Shown: positions 47,739-57,226, counted from the first letter of the stretch. The stretch is 64,000 bases of DNA from Deltaproteobacteria bacterium (GCA_019313385.1 JAFDBG010000002.1:4202-68201), one strand, 5' to 3'. Numbers and translations: made by a program. Notes: generated by a model not told the origin, from the letters alone.

Positions 47739-48941
47739 ATGCCACTAACCAGAGATCATCTGAACAGATACACCGACGCCCTGTTGTGGGGACTGCTAAA
47801 GGCCAGGACGGGACGGTTCAAACGGGGAGACATCGTTTTAATTCGATACGAATTGCCCGCCTTGAGCCTTGCCGAATGTCTTTACGATAAGTTGCTCGTC
47901 ATGGGGATGAATCCCATTCCCCGCGCCGGTCTTACCGCAAATATGGAACGCGGTTTCTTTGACAGCGCGAACCAGCGGCAACTCGTCTTTCATCCCCCAG
48001 GGGAAAAAGAGCTATATGAATCGCTCAATGGGAGCATCTTTATCTGTGCCCCCGAATCCCTTACCCACTTAAAAGACGCAGATCCCAAAAAGATAGCAAA
48101 GTCACTGATCGCGAGAAAAAAGTTGCGGGAGATTCTGGACAAGAGAGAAGAGATCGGCGAGTTCGGCTGGACACTGTGCACATTTCCAACATCGGAACTC
48201 GCAAAAAACGCAAACCTTACCCTTACGGAATATACCGACCAGATAATAAAGGCATGTTTTCTGGATAGCAATGACCCGGCCTCCAGATGGGAAACAGTAT
48301 ACAGGGAGGCCGACACGATAAAAAAATGGTTGAACGGCATGGCAGTTTCTTACTATCACATCCAGTCTGAAAATATCGACCTTCGTATAAGACCGGGAGA
48401 AAAAAGAAAGTGGATAGGTGTTTCAGGTCATAATATACCCAGTTTCGAGCTTTTCCTCTCTCCCGACTGGAGAGGGACAGAGGGCCGCTACTTCGCCAAC
48501 CAGCCCTCTTTCAGAAGCGGAAATTACGTGGAGAACATAAGCCTTGTCTTTGAAAAGGGCCACGCCGTCAAAATTGAGGCGAAAGCCGGCGAAGACTTTA
48601 CAATACAACAACTGTCCATGGACAGAGGGGCAGGCAGGGTCGGAGAATTTTCCCTTACCGACAGGCGTTTTTCCAGGATCGACAGATTCATGGCAGACAC
48701 CCTCTTCGACGAAAATTACGGGGGCCAATGGGGAAACTGTCATATAGCCCTCGGGGCGTCTTTCTCCGAAACATACACTGGAGATCCCGCCGAATTGACG
48801 AAGGACATGAAAAAAAAGCTTGGGCTTAACGACTCGGCCCTGCACTGGGATATGGTAAGCACCGAGAAGAAAACAGTAAAAGCACATCTATCAGACGGGA
48901 AGACCGTTACAATTTATGAAAACGGCACCTTTTGTTGCTAG
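47739..48941 (+). CDS. Aminopeptidase, M29 (AmpS/PepS) family
   Basis: 400 aa. The overall layout and C-terminal GNCHIALG and ALHWDMV resemble the thermophilic metalloprotease M29 family (from memory). Confidence 0.75.
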   Translation: MPLTRDHLNRYTDALLWGLLKARTGRFKRGDIVLIRYELPALSLAECLYDKLLVMGMNPIPRAGLTANMERGFFDSANQRQLVFHPPGEKELYESLNGSIFICAPESLTHLKDADPKKIAKSLIARKKLREILDKREEIGEFGWTLCTFPTSELAKNANLTLTEYTDQIIKACFLDSNDPASRWETVYREADTIKKWLNGMAVSYYHIQSENIDLRIRPGEKRKWIGVSGHNIPSFELFLSPDWRGTEGRYFANQPSFRSGNYVENISLVFEKGHAVKIEAKAGEDFTIQQLSMDRGAGRVGEFSLTDRRFSRIDRFMADTLFDENYGGQWGNCHIALGASFSETYTGDPAELTKDMKKKLGLNDSALHWDMVSTEKKTVKAHLSDGKTVTIYENGTFCC

Positions 48942-49052
48942 TCCCTTAGTTGTGAATGTTTTTTCGGTTTTCATAATCCCGTGCTTTCGTGATAAAAGAT
49001 ATCTTGTTTGGTTCCGACTTGTCCGGGTGAGGTTGCATAGAGAGGAAAGCCG

Positions 49053-49994
49053 ATGCTAAAGACTGTCTTTGAAAGCTCTCCGATACCGACGTTTGTTATA
49101 GGCAGAGATCATAAAATACTATACTGGAACAGGGCGATGGAGCAGCTGAGCGGCATTAAGGCTGAAGAAGCTGTTGGTTCTAAAGATCCCTGGAGGGGAT
49201 TCTACCATAAATACAGACCTGTCATGGCTGATCTTATTGTAGATGAACGCGAAAGCGAAATCCCGTTTTGGTACCCGGATAAGCAAAGTAAATCCAAATT
49301 AATAGACGGTGCCTATGAGGCAACTGATTTTTTCCCGGAACTGGGAGGGGGAAGCAAGTGGCTGCGGTTTACCGTCTCCGCGCTGAGGGACTCAGCAGGG
49401 ACCATTTTAGGGGCAGTGGAAACCCTTGAAGATGTAACAGGCCGAAGGCTTGCCGAGGATACGCTGAAGGAAAGTGAAAAAATGTACAGGGCATTGAGCA
49501 TCACCGATGCGCTTACCGGGCTTTATAACTCGAGGTATTTCTACGACCAGTTAAGATTAGAAATAGAGCGGGCCGAACGGTATCGTCATCCACTCTCTCT
49601 TCTGTTCCTTGATATTGACGATTTTAAAGATTTCAACGACACATACGGACACCTTGAAGGGGACTCAATCCTTGCCAGGCTGGGAAAGGTAATCTTGAAA
49701 AGCCTGAGAAGGACAGACTCCGCATACCGATACGGGGGAGAAGAATTCATTGTTGCCCTGTCCGAAACAACTGGAGACGCGGCAGTCATTCTCGCAGAAA
49801 GAATAAGGGAGGAATTCGAGAATGAAGGCTTTTATCCCCTGGGCGGAGGGAAAGCAGTGTTCAAGACCGTGAGCATTGGGGTGGCCCAGTATATATTTCA
49901 AGAGGCGTCGAGGATTTTTTTAAAACGGGCAGACGCCAACATGTACCACGCCAAGGGGCAGGGGAAAAACCGGGTATTCTACCGGAACGAATAG
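49053..49994 (+). CDS. PAS-domain diguanylate cyclase (GGDEF)
   Basis: N-terminal PAS-like region. A-site RYGGEEF, with I-site RRTD five residues upstream. Confidence 0.9.
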   Translation: MLKTVFESSPIPTFVIGRDHKILYWNRAMEQLSGIKAEEAVGSKDPWRGFYHKYRPVMADLIVDERESEIPFWYPDKQSKSKLIDGAYEATDFFPELGGGSKWLRFTVSALRDSAGTILGAVETLEDVTGRRLAEDTLKESEKMYRALSITDALTGLYNSRYFYDQLRLEIERAERYRHPLSLLFLDIDDFKDFNDTYGHLEGDSILARLGKVILKSLRRTDSAYRYGGEEFIVALSETTGDAAVILAERIREEFENEGFYPLGGGKAVFKTVSIGVAQYIFQEASRIFLKRADANMYHAKGQGKNRVFYRNE

Positions 49995-50100
49995 GACAGC
50001 TTGAAAAATCGGAAACCCTGCAATACTGACCTTAAATTCTTGACAATTGGGTTATTATTTATTATTTCCCCGCCTTTTGTGCCGGTTCATCGGATATAGT

Positions 50101-51399
50101 ATGTCGATTATTCTAAACACTTCTCCCATCCTTAGGATACTTATTGTCTTCGTTCTCGTCCTCATCGCTATCAGAAAAAATGTCTCTCTGGGAAATGCAT
50201 TCCTCCTGGGGGCTATCCTTACAGGTGTGCTCTTCGGATTGACGCCGGGCGCGATGCTTTTCTCAGCCACCGGCTCGATCTTGATGCCCAAAACCCTTTC
50301 CCTTGCCGCTGTAGTCACGCTCATCCTCGTCCTCAGCAGCAGCATGGAGCAAGGGGGACATATGGATAGGCTCCTCAGCAATTTTCGCGGTCTCGTGGCA
50401 AACCCCAGGCTAAACCTCGCCATATTCCCGGCCCTTATCGGCCTTCTACCCATGCCCGGGGGCGCGGTATTTTCCGCCCCCATGGTAAAAGAGCTGGGAA
50501 ATAAAAGTCAGCTCAGGCCGGATCAACTCAGCTTCATCAACTACTGGTACCGCCATATCTGGGAATACTGGTGGCCCCTCTATCCTGGGATACTCCTTGC
50601 TGCGACACTGGCGGACATGGATCTCGGGATAATTATGATGGTTATGTGGCCATTCACCATTGTGGCCGTTTCTCTCGGCTCTCTTTCCATAAAAGGGGTT
50701 GACCTTAAACACGCAACGGGAAAAAGAGATAAGAGCCGTTCCGTGGGACCATTTTTAAAAGAACTTATCCCCATCCTCATGGTGATATTTATTGGTCTCG
50801 GCGCCAGCATATTTCTCTCGCGCGTCTTTCCCGGACTTTACATTGCGAAGGAAGTGGGACTGATTATAGCGCTTATTCTGTCTATTGCTTATGTCTGGTT
50901 CCGAAACGGAATGGATGGTGGCAAGATTCGGAGGGTTGTCATAGACCCCCACCTTTTGAAGGTGTTCTACATGATTATCGCCATACTGATCTTCAAGGGA
51001 ATGCTTGAGGACAGTCATGCCGTCACCGCCATAAGCAGAGAGCTTATAGAATTTTCTGTTCCCCTCACCCTGATTGTTATTGCGCTCCCCTTTATGGTAG
51101 GAGGAATCACGGGGATAACAATAGCCTTCGTGGGGAGTACCTTTCCCATTATCGTCCCGCTCGTTCATTCCATGGGTGAAGGTTCCTTTATGCTGGCCTA
51201 TGTCATGTTAGCGCTTGTCAGCGGTATCGCGGGGGTTCTTCTCTCACCCCTCCACCTCTGTCTCCTGCTCTCAAACCAGTATTTCGAAGCTCTCTTCGGA
51301 CGCGTATACAGGCACCTTCTCCCGCCCTGCGTATTCCTCTTTGCAACAGGCTGCGTGTATTTTTTCTTTGTACGATGGATTATGGCTCGATTTTCATGA
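50101..51399 (+). CDS. Polytopic membrane protein, possibly DUF401 family; function unknown
   Basis: About 12 hydrophobic segments. The family assignment is from memory only. Start set at ATG 50101. Confidence 0.5.
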   Translation: MSIILNTSPILRILIVFVLVLIAIRKNVSLGNAFLLGAILTGVLFGLTPGAMLFSATGSILMPKTLSLAAVVTLILVLSSSMEQGGHMDRLLSNFRGLVANPRLNLAIFPALIGLLPMPGGAVFSAPMVKELGNKSQLRPDQLSFINYWYRHIWEYWWPLYPGILLAATLADMDLGIIMMVMWPFTIVAVSLGSLSIKGVDLKHATGKRDKSRSVGPFLKELIPILMVIFIGLGASIFLSRVFPGLYIAKEVGLIIALILSIAYVWFRNGMDGGKIRRVVIDPHLLKVFYMIIAILIFKGMLEDSHAVTAISRELIEFSVPLTLIVIALPFMVGGITGITIAFVGSTFPIIVPLVHSMGEGSFMLAYVMLALVSGIAGVLLSPLHLCLLLSNQYFEALFGRVYRHLLPPCVFLFATGCVYFFFVRWIMARFS

Positions 51400-51431
51400 G
51401 GTTCATCTACCATTTAGTTGAAGAAAAGGGA

Positions 51432-51492
51432 CCAATCCCGACAAGTCGGGATTAAGGAAGATGTTTATTTTTTATTCGCTCGCTAACCCCGC
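51432..51492 (+). repeat. Repeat family D, left copy
   Basis: Hairpin AATCCCGACAAGTCGGGATT, then TAAGGAAGATGTTTATTTTTTATTCGCTCGCTAACCCCGC. The 19-nt ATTCGCTCGCTAACCCCGC is identical to the reverse complement of 53810-53828. Confidence 0.8.
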
Positions 51493-51500
51493 TACATTAT

Positions 51501-52100
51501 TCAGGCGGTCTGCTTTCCGCTGGCCGCGCGCACCTTTCCGAGGTCATCGGGCGAGTTGACATTGAAAAACATCCTGTCATCCGGATCGAAAGTTGCGATC
51601 ACATCGGCCGGAATTTCCAGCACCCTCGCATTTCTGTAGAAGCCGGTTATCTTCAGCCTGTCTTCATCGATGAGTTTCTTTATGGAAGGCATGCATTTTC
51701 TGGAATATATCGCGTGAAGGGGCTGGAGCCCATCGGGGGGGGCCGGGACCACAATATCGTGGCCCTTTGTCCTTCCTGTCATGTACCTTATAAAATCAGC
51801 GTTCAGAAAGGGCAGGTCACAGGGGCATACGAAAGCATAGTCACCAGATGAGTGAAAAAGGCCTGTATAGATGCCACCCAGAGCGGCCTTTCCCTTTACA
51901 ATATCTGTTACGATCCGGATATCCAGGTCCAGATACTCAAGGGGTGAATTGGTAACCAGAACTATCTCCTGAAAAATTCCTCTGAAGATCCTTATCGTCC
52001 TGTCAATGATCCTCTCCCCGTCTATTTCTATAAACGCCTTGTTTGTACCCATTCTGGTGTTCTTACCACCCGATAGTATGATGCCCGTCATCCGGTTCAC
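51501..52100 (-). CDS. mobA: Molybdenum cofactor guanylyltransferase
   Basis: GIILSGGKNTRMGTNKAFIEIDG; 199 aa. Confidence 0.9.
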   Translation of the reverse strand: MNRMTGIILSGGKNTRMGTNKAFIEIDGERIIDRTIRIFRGIFQEIVLVTNSPLEYLDLDIRIVTDIVKGKAALGGIYTGLFHSSGDYAFVCPCDLPFLNADFIRYMTGRTKGHDIVVPAPPDGLQPLHAIYSRKCMPSIKKLIDEDRLKITGFYRNARVLEIPADVIATFDPDDRMFFNVNSPDDLGKVRAASGKQTA

Positions 52101-52112
52101 AGCTTTCCTGTT

Positions 52113-53276
52113 TTACTTGCAGAGTCTGAGGATATCCACAATGACCTCTTCGGTATAATTCCGAAGCCCCCAGGCCTGTGCAAGAACATGCGCGTTTTCC
52201 GCAATCTTTCCTATGCCTTCCCCGGGAATATCTGCCTCTCTCAGCGACACGGGGCTCCCGATGGACGCAAACCACTCTTTAATACGGTTTATTCCTTCCA
52301 TTCCCGCCTTCAGGTTGTCATTTTCCTCAATGCCGAAAATCTCCCGGCCTAACCGCGCAAATTTTACTGGATCTTGTTCGACAGCGTAAAACATCCATCC
52401 CGGAAAAACGATTGAAAGCCCGGCGCCATGCGCTATATCGTAAATCGCGCTCAGCGAATGTTCTATCATATGGGCGGGAAGACTTGTCATCCCCATTCCC
52501 GCGGCAGTAAGGCCATTGAAGGCAAGCGTGGCGGCCCACATCATGTTTGCCCTCGCGTCATAATCTGCCGGATCTCTCAGTATAACTTCAGTGCTTTCCA
52601 TAATGGTCTTTATCATGCCTTCCACAAGCCTGTCCTGCAGAGGGCTGTGCGGTTCTTTGTTGTTGAAATAACCCTCCAGCATGTGGGTTATCGCGTCAAC
52701 GGCGCTGTATGCGCTGTACGCTGGGCTGAGTGTAAAGAGCGCCGTGGGATCAAGGATGGACGTCTTCGGCTGGACAAAGGGGGATCTGAAACTGAATTTT
52801 CTGGCCCCTTCCTCTTTTGTAATGACTGCCGCCGGATTCATCTCCGACGCGCTGGCGGAAATCGTTACAACGGTAAGAATGGGGAGGGCATCCTGTATCG
52901 TCTTTGCGCGCATAAAATAATCCCATACATCATCATCCGTTTTTGCCCCCACCGCTATTGTCTTTGCCGTATCAATGACACTTCCGCCTCCGACAGCGAG
53001 CACTACATCAACTCCCTCTCTTCTGGCAAGGTCTATACCTTTCAAGACATGGGACAGTACCGGGTTTGACTTGACGCCCGGAAACTCGACAATTTCGATG
53101 TCCGATTCCTGAAGTGACGCAATAACCTGGTCGTAAACGCCACTCTTCTTTACGCTGCCCTGGCCATACACCATCAAAACCTTTTTGCCGAATTTTGCTG
53201 TTTCGCAGCCGATTTTCTTTATCTGGCCCCTGCCGAAAACTATTTTAGTCGGATTTTCGAATACAAAATTTCGCAT
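52113..53276 (-). CDS. Iron-containing (group III) alcohol dehydrogenase
   Basis: LAVGGGSVIDTAKTIA and His-rich metal-site regions; 387 aa. Confidence 0.9.
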   Translation of the reverse strand: MRNFVFENPTKIVFGRGQIKKIGCETAKFGKKVLMVYGQGSVKKSGVYDQVIASLQESDIEIVEFPGVKSNPVLSHVLKGIDLARREGVDVVLAVGGGSVIDTAKTIAVGAKTDDDVWDYFMRAKTIQDALPILTVVTISASASEMNPAAVITKEEGARKFSFRSPFVQPKTSILDPTALFTLSPAYSAYSAVDAITHMLEGYFNNKEPHSPLQDRLVEGMIKTIMESTEVILRDPADYDARANMMWAATLAFNGLTAAGMGMTSLPAHMIEHSLSAIYDIAHGAGLSIVFPGWMFYAVEQDPVKFARLGREIFGIEENDNLKAGMEGINRIKEWFASIGSPVSLREADIPGEGIGKIAENAHVLAQAWGLRNYTEEVIVDILRLCK

Positions 53277-53318
53277 ACACTAACTCCTGTGGAAAATGTT
53301 TTATCGTCGTCGGAGAGG

Positions 53319-53347
53319 CATATACATGAGCCTTTATAGTATGTCAA
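53319..53347 (-). promoter_or_regulatory. Candidate sigma70 promoter for adh-mobA
   Basis: On the minus strand: TTGACA (53347-53342), 17-nt spacer, TATATG (53324-53319). Confidence 0.5.
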
Positions 53348-53780
53348 TACGGCTTTCCAGGCCCTGATTCACCATCAAAATCGGAGGACCCTTAAGAAAC
53401 TGTGGATTTGGTCCAAGTCGTGTTATTCGTACATCCCATATCCGGACAGACCGACCACCGTCCAGACAAAATTACATCATCCGATTAACCGGATTTTTCT
53501 ATACATACACGCCATATATGTCAAGTTGTTCCCTGCTTCTGTTAATGTAATATGATTATGTCATCCCCACTTATCTTATCTTTCCGCCGTATGTGAATAA
53601 CAAAATTTCTCGCAGCATAATGTTTTCGCCTCGTTGATGATAGATTTTGTCTGATAAAATCATTTTTGCCGGTGGCCCACCGCAGACCATTACTCTTGCC
53701 ATTGTCAATACCTTTTTGACTTACTGTTTGTGTTATAGTAGGTTTCTGCGCTGATGTTAATATCTTCGGGGGTTGAATTG

Positions 53781-53884
53781 AACAGCGAGCGCATTCCCCG
53801 CTGCTTGCGGCGGGGTTAGCGAGCGAATATAAAATAATATTTTCCTTAACAATCGGAGATTCCCCGCAACTTGTTGCGGGGAGC
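53781..53884 (-). repeat. Repeat family D, right copy (inverted, expanded)
   Basis: Contains the reverse complement of the family-D core and two CCCCGC..GCGGGG hairpins. It runs into the azlC 5' coding region. Confidence 0.8.
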
Positions 53885-53977
53885 TTCACCGTCAGCTGGC
53901 TGGCAATAATAAAGGACGGGGTTGTCGGCGCGTGGCCCATCTGTCTCGGCTACCTTGCCATCGGCCTGGCCTTCGGG

Positions 53978-54595
53978 GTGATCGCGCAAAAGGCGGGATT
54001 CAGCCCGATGGAAATCGGTCTCATGTCTCTCCTCGTTTATGCGGGCAGCGCCCAGTTTATTGGCATATCCATGCTGAGCGCAGGCGCCGGCATTATTCCC
54101 ATAATCATAACCACATTTACCATAAACCTGCGCCATATGCTGATGAGTTCATCCCTCTCAACCTTCATGCGCAATCTCGGAATAGGCAAGCTTTCCCTCT
54201 TTGCCTATGGAGTAACCGATGAGAGTTTTGCCCTCAATACAGCCAGGTTCAGGGATGGCAACTGGGACTGGAGACGCGCCCTCGTCCTCAATCACACATC
54301 AAATCTAGCCTGGATTATAAGCACAGTTGCAGGCGGATTCAGCGGTCGGTTTATACCCGCCGGGGCTCTCGGGATCGACTACGCCCTGATCGCCATGTTT
54401 GTATGTCTTCTTGTTTTTCAGTTGAGGGGAAGACTTTACGTGATAGTGGCAATCATCTCCGGGATACTGGCCGTTACCTTATCTCTGTTTCTCCCCGGAA
54501 ACGCATACATAGTGGCAGCCTCGGTAATCGCGGCGACGCTGGGAGTTTTTCTCAAAAGATCGAAGCAGTTCGCATCGACGGAGCAGAAATCATGA
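53978..54595 (+). CDS. azlC: Branched-chain amino acid exporter subunit AzlC; true 5' end unresolved
   Basis: MSLLVYAGSAQFIG. AzlC-like sequence (WPICLGYLAIGLAFG) continues in frame upstream of GTG 53978, with no ATG/GTG/TTG back to the stop at 53774. Confidence 0.78.
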   Translation: MIAQKAGFSPMEIGLMSLLVYAGSAQFIGISMLSAGAGIIPIIITTFTINLRHMLMSSSLSTFMRNLGIGKLSLFAYGVTDESFALNTARFRDGNWDWRRALVLNHTSNLAWIISTVAGGFSGRFIPAGALGIDYALIAMFVCLLVFQLRGRLYVIVAIISGILAVTLSLFLPGNAYIVAASVIAATLGVFLKRSKQFASTEQKS

Positions 54596-54915
54596 TACAT
54601 GACAATTACCTGTATGTCATTCTCGGGATGGGAGTTGTCACCTATATACCTCGGTGGCTCCCACTCGTATTTCTGTCCCGCCGAAGACTGCCGGATTGGT
54701 TTGAACAGTGGCTCGACCTTATTCCCGCCGCGATATTAAGCGCCCTGATACTCCCAATACTCATAACAACGGGAGCCCCCCGGCATCTTGATCTTTTTCG
54801 GCCCGAGCTTATCGTGGCAGTGCCGACCCTTGCCTTCGCGGTGAAAACAAGGTCTCTCGCGGGAACGGTAATCTTAGGAATGTTTCTATTCTGGCTCGCG
54901 GGGAAATTTTTTTAA
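54592..54915 (+). CDS. azlD: Branched-chain amino acid exporter subunit AzlD
   Basis: ATGA overlap with azlC. 107-aa hydrophobic protein starting MIHDNYLYVILGMGVVTYIPRWLP. Confidence 0.8.
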   Translation: MIHDNYLYVILGMGVVTYIPRWLPLVFLSRRRLPDWFEQWLDLIPAAILSALILPILITTGAPRHLDLFRPELIVAVPTLAFAVKTRSLAGTVILGMFLFWLAGKFF

Positions 54916-54923
54916 GGAAAGAA

Positions 54924-55058
54924 TGATGGTGTCGTAAAAAATCCCAAAACTGTCATACCGGGCTTGATCCGGTATCCAGAAACTGTTGAATTTACTGGAT
55001 TCCGGCTTCCGCCGGGATGACGAAAAGTGGCGTTTTCTGACTTTCTACGAATGCGTCA
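54924..55058 (+). repeat. Repeat family E (double-hairpin element)
   Basis: GTCATACCGGGCTTGATCCGGTATCCAG and CTGGATTCCGGCTTCCGCCGGGATGACG are inverted halves. Translation gives LDSGFRRDDEKWRFLTFYE. Confidence 0.75.
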
Positions 55059-55075
55059 GGAATGGTAGTTTTGAA

Positions 55076-55954
55076 TTGATTATTTATGTCAAGCTCCTGC
55101 TAACCGCTATTTTCTGGGGTGGAACCTTTATAGCCGCGCGGGTCGTCGCGCAAACTGTCGGCCCTTTCAGCGCCTCTTTCCTGAGATTCGCTATTGCATC
55201 CCTTTTTCTTGTCTTTATCACTATAAGAATGGAAGGCAAAATTCCCTGGCTGAAAAAACACCAGATATTGCCTGTCATACTTCTCGGACTGACGGGTGTA
55301 TTCGCATATAATTTCTTCTTTTTCTCCGGACTGAAAACGATTACGGCAAGCCGCGCTTCTATTATTATAGCAATGAACCCGATTTTTATATCTATTTTTG
55401 CTTACACCTTTTTCAAGGAAAAACTGACCGGGATAAATGTGGTCGGGATTTTACTCTGCGTATCCGGCGCGATTATCGTCATCTCAAGGGGAAACCCCCT
55501 GGGAATAATTCAAGGGGGCCTTGGGGCGGGAGAACTTCACATTCTTGGATGCGTCGCGAGCTGGGTCTTATATTCCCTGATTGGGAAAAGCGCCATGAAG
55601 GACATGTCTCCCCTGGTGACCGTCACATACTCCTGCCTTGCCGGAGGTATCCTGCTTTTATTTCCTGCCTGGATAGAGGGGATGCCCCGGGATATCACGG
55701 GATACAGCGTGGCGGACTGGGCAGGCATCTTTTATCTCGGATTTTTCGGCTCTGTTCTCGGGTTTACCTGGTATTATCAGGGAATAAAGAAGATCGGAGC
55801 ATCGAAGGCATCTGTGTTTATCAACTTTGTTCCGGTAAGCGCGGTCATACTCGCCTGTCTGCTCCTGAAGGAAAAACTCGACCTGTCCCTCATCACAGGC
55901 GCCATCATGGTAATCTGCGGGGCATATCTGGCTAACAAGAAACATAGGACATGA
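55076..55954 (+). CDS. EamA/DMT-family transporter
   Basis: Ten hydrophobic segments forming two EamA-like halves. Start provisionally TTG 55076, because ORF-track ATG 54986 lies inside repeat E. Confidence 0.78.
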   Translation: MIIYVKLLLTAIFWGGTFIAARVVAQTVGPFSASFLRFAIASLFLVFITIRMEGKIPWLKKHQILPVILLGLTGVFAYNFFFFSGLKTITASRASIIIAMNPIFISIFAYTFFKEKLTGINVVGILLCVSGAIIVISRGNPLGIIQGGLGAGELHILGCVASWVLYSLIGKSAMKDMSPLVTVTYSCLAGGILLLFPAWIEGMPRDITGYSVADWAGIFYLGFFGSVLGFTWYYQGIKKIGASKASVFINFVPVSAVILACLLLKEKLDLSLITGAIMVICGAYLANKKHRT

Positions 55955-56049
55955 CCGGCGCCGATAACCACAGAACTGTTATATCCATTTCCATTAACTA
56001 CCCGGCCGTTTTTCATATCAAGACATAGCGTGATTTTTTCAGGCAAAAT

Positions 56050-56133
56050 CAGGGTCAGGTCTTGCAATGACACATTATGGGTAAACCGGTTAATACAGGC
56101 TGATTAAATGTTGCATTGCAAGACCTGATCCCT
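56050..56133. repeat. Repeat family F hairpin between convergent eamA and isf-like genes
   Basis: GGGTCAGGTCTTGCAATG and CATTGCAAGACCTGA(T)CCC arms around a ~40-nt loop. Confidence 0.7.
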
Positions 56134-56164
56134 ATGATTCTATGGTTGCTATGATTGCCTCTGG

Positions 56165-56812
56165 CTATGCTTCCGCGATAGATTTAGCAAACCTTCTTCC
56201 CAATTCCGAAGCCTTCATCAGTATCTCTTCCTCTTTTTTGACCGCGCCCCTGTCAAAGATTTTTAATACCGGAAGCTCTTCAAAAATCTCGTAGCCCAAT
56301 GCCTGCAATGGAAGACGCATGGCTTCGATCGTAAATCCCATGTCTTTTTTATCTTGTTGCTCGCATACGGCCACAATAACCGCTTTTCTATTTTGACCGG
56401 CCAGACGACTCGTCCAGCCTCTCGGGCGGTTATCATCAAATTCATACAGGCAGTACAGACGATCGATAAATGCCTTCATCCACGCGGTGATATTATAGTT
56501 ATGGGTTGGAGACAGGAGGATGAGTCCCCGGGCCTGTATAATTTTCGGATAGAGAAGATTCATGCCGTCATTCAGGCCCGTACATATTTTATCTTTTCTA
56601 CATCTTTCACATCCGATACACGGTTGGAAATAATAGTCTCGCAGGTGTACGCTTTCTGTAGGAACATCCTCTCCTTGAACGCCCTTGAGAATATGTTTCA
56701 AAAGCACGTCGGAGTTCCCGTTAATTCTTGGGCTGCCGCTGATTCCCAGAATTTTCTGTTCCGGCAATATATCCACCGGCACTTTTTTCAACAAATTATC
56801 ATTTGCAGTCAT
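56165..56812 (-). CDS. Iron-sulfur flavoprotein (Isf-like NADPH-dependent FMN reductase family)
   Basis: GISGSPRINGNSD flavodoxin-like start and compact Cys motif CIGCERCRKDKIC (CX2CX2CX5C). Confidence 0.8.
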   Translation of the reverse strand: MTANDNLLKKVPVDILPEQKILGISGSPRINGNSDVLLKHILKGVQGEDVPTESVHLRDYYFQPCIGCERCRKDKICTGLNDGMNLLYPKIIQARGLILLSPTHNYNITAWMKAFIDRLYCLYEFDDNRPRGWTSRLAGQNRKAVIVAVCEQQDKKDMGFTIEAMRLPLQALGYEIFEELPVLKIFDRGAVKKEEEILMKASELGRRFAKSIAEA

Positions 56813-57197
56813 TTATCAACCTTTCACTAAACATTTTTTTATGCAGCTAACGGGGCCTTGACTTGCGCTGGCGCGAAGCAAAAGCGTTAAGTGCACTGGC
56901 CTGGTTTGCTGTTTTCATGCAACTTCGAGATCGAGTTGCTTACCTGCGGCTTGCGCATAATTTACCAATGTGGAGAGGCGGATTTCCTGGTACATACCTA
57001 CTATAAATCTAATGTAAATAAGGCTGCCTGGCGCACTCGTCCTTTTTTTGCGGAGAAAGAGTTGTAACTGGTAACTCACTAACCCCATTATAGTTTTTTG
57101 TCAAGTAGTATTGTGTATAACGAAGAATCCAGGGAATAACTACGATCTTTAACTGAAATGAATAATTTGAATCCGTACCCAATTTTCAAAATTTTAG

Positions 57198-57226
57198 TTG
57201 ACAATGGCAAACCCAGTCGCTATATT
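57198..57226 (+). promoter_or_regulatory. Candidate sigma70 promoter of the arsR operon
   Basis: TTGACA (57198-57203), 17-nt spacer, TATATT (57221-57226). It lies 28 nt upstream of the arsR ATG. Confidence 0.6.

Noticed and set aside
53348-53480. CCTCCGA-like strings that recall the Moco riboswitch, upstream of adh-mobA.
   Set aside because: Most of these strings lie upstream of the predicted TTGACA/TATATG promoter, the remaining leader is only ~45 nt, and I could not assemble the multi-stem Moco architecture.
53790-53884. Two hairpins, ATTCCCCGC..GCGGGG, spaced ~66 bp apart, that resemble the stem of type I-E CRISPR repeats.
   Set aside because: There are only two units, their loops and flanks differ, and no cas genes are present. 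The sequence aligns as the inverted copy of repeat family D at 51432-51492.
55777-56073. 98-aa minus-strand ORF containing a VVIGAG dinucleotide-fold-like string.
   Set aside because: It starts inside the family-F hairpin and runs antisense into the eamA 3' end. A single short motif is insufficient. At best it is a decayed gene fragment.
56915-56995. 26-codon minus-strand ORF resembling the C-terminus of an XRE-family HTH protein.
   Set aside because: It is too short, and the upstream in-frame sequence is not HTH-like. It is used only as weak supporting evidence for an island junction, not annotated as a gene.
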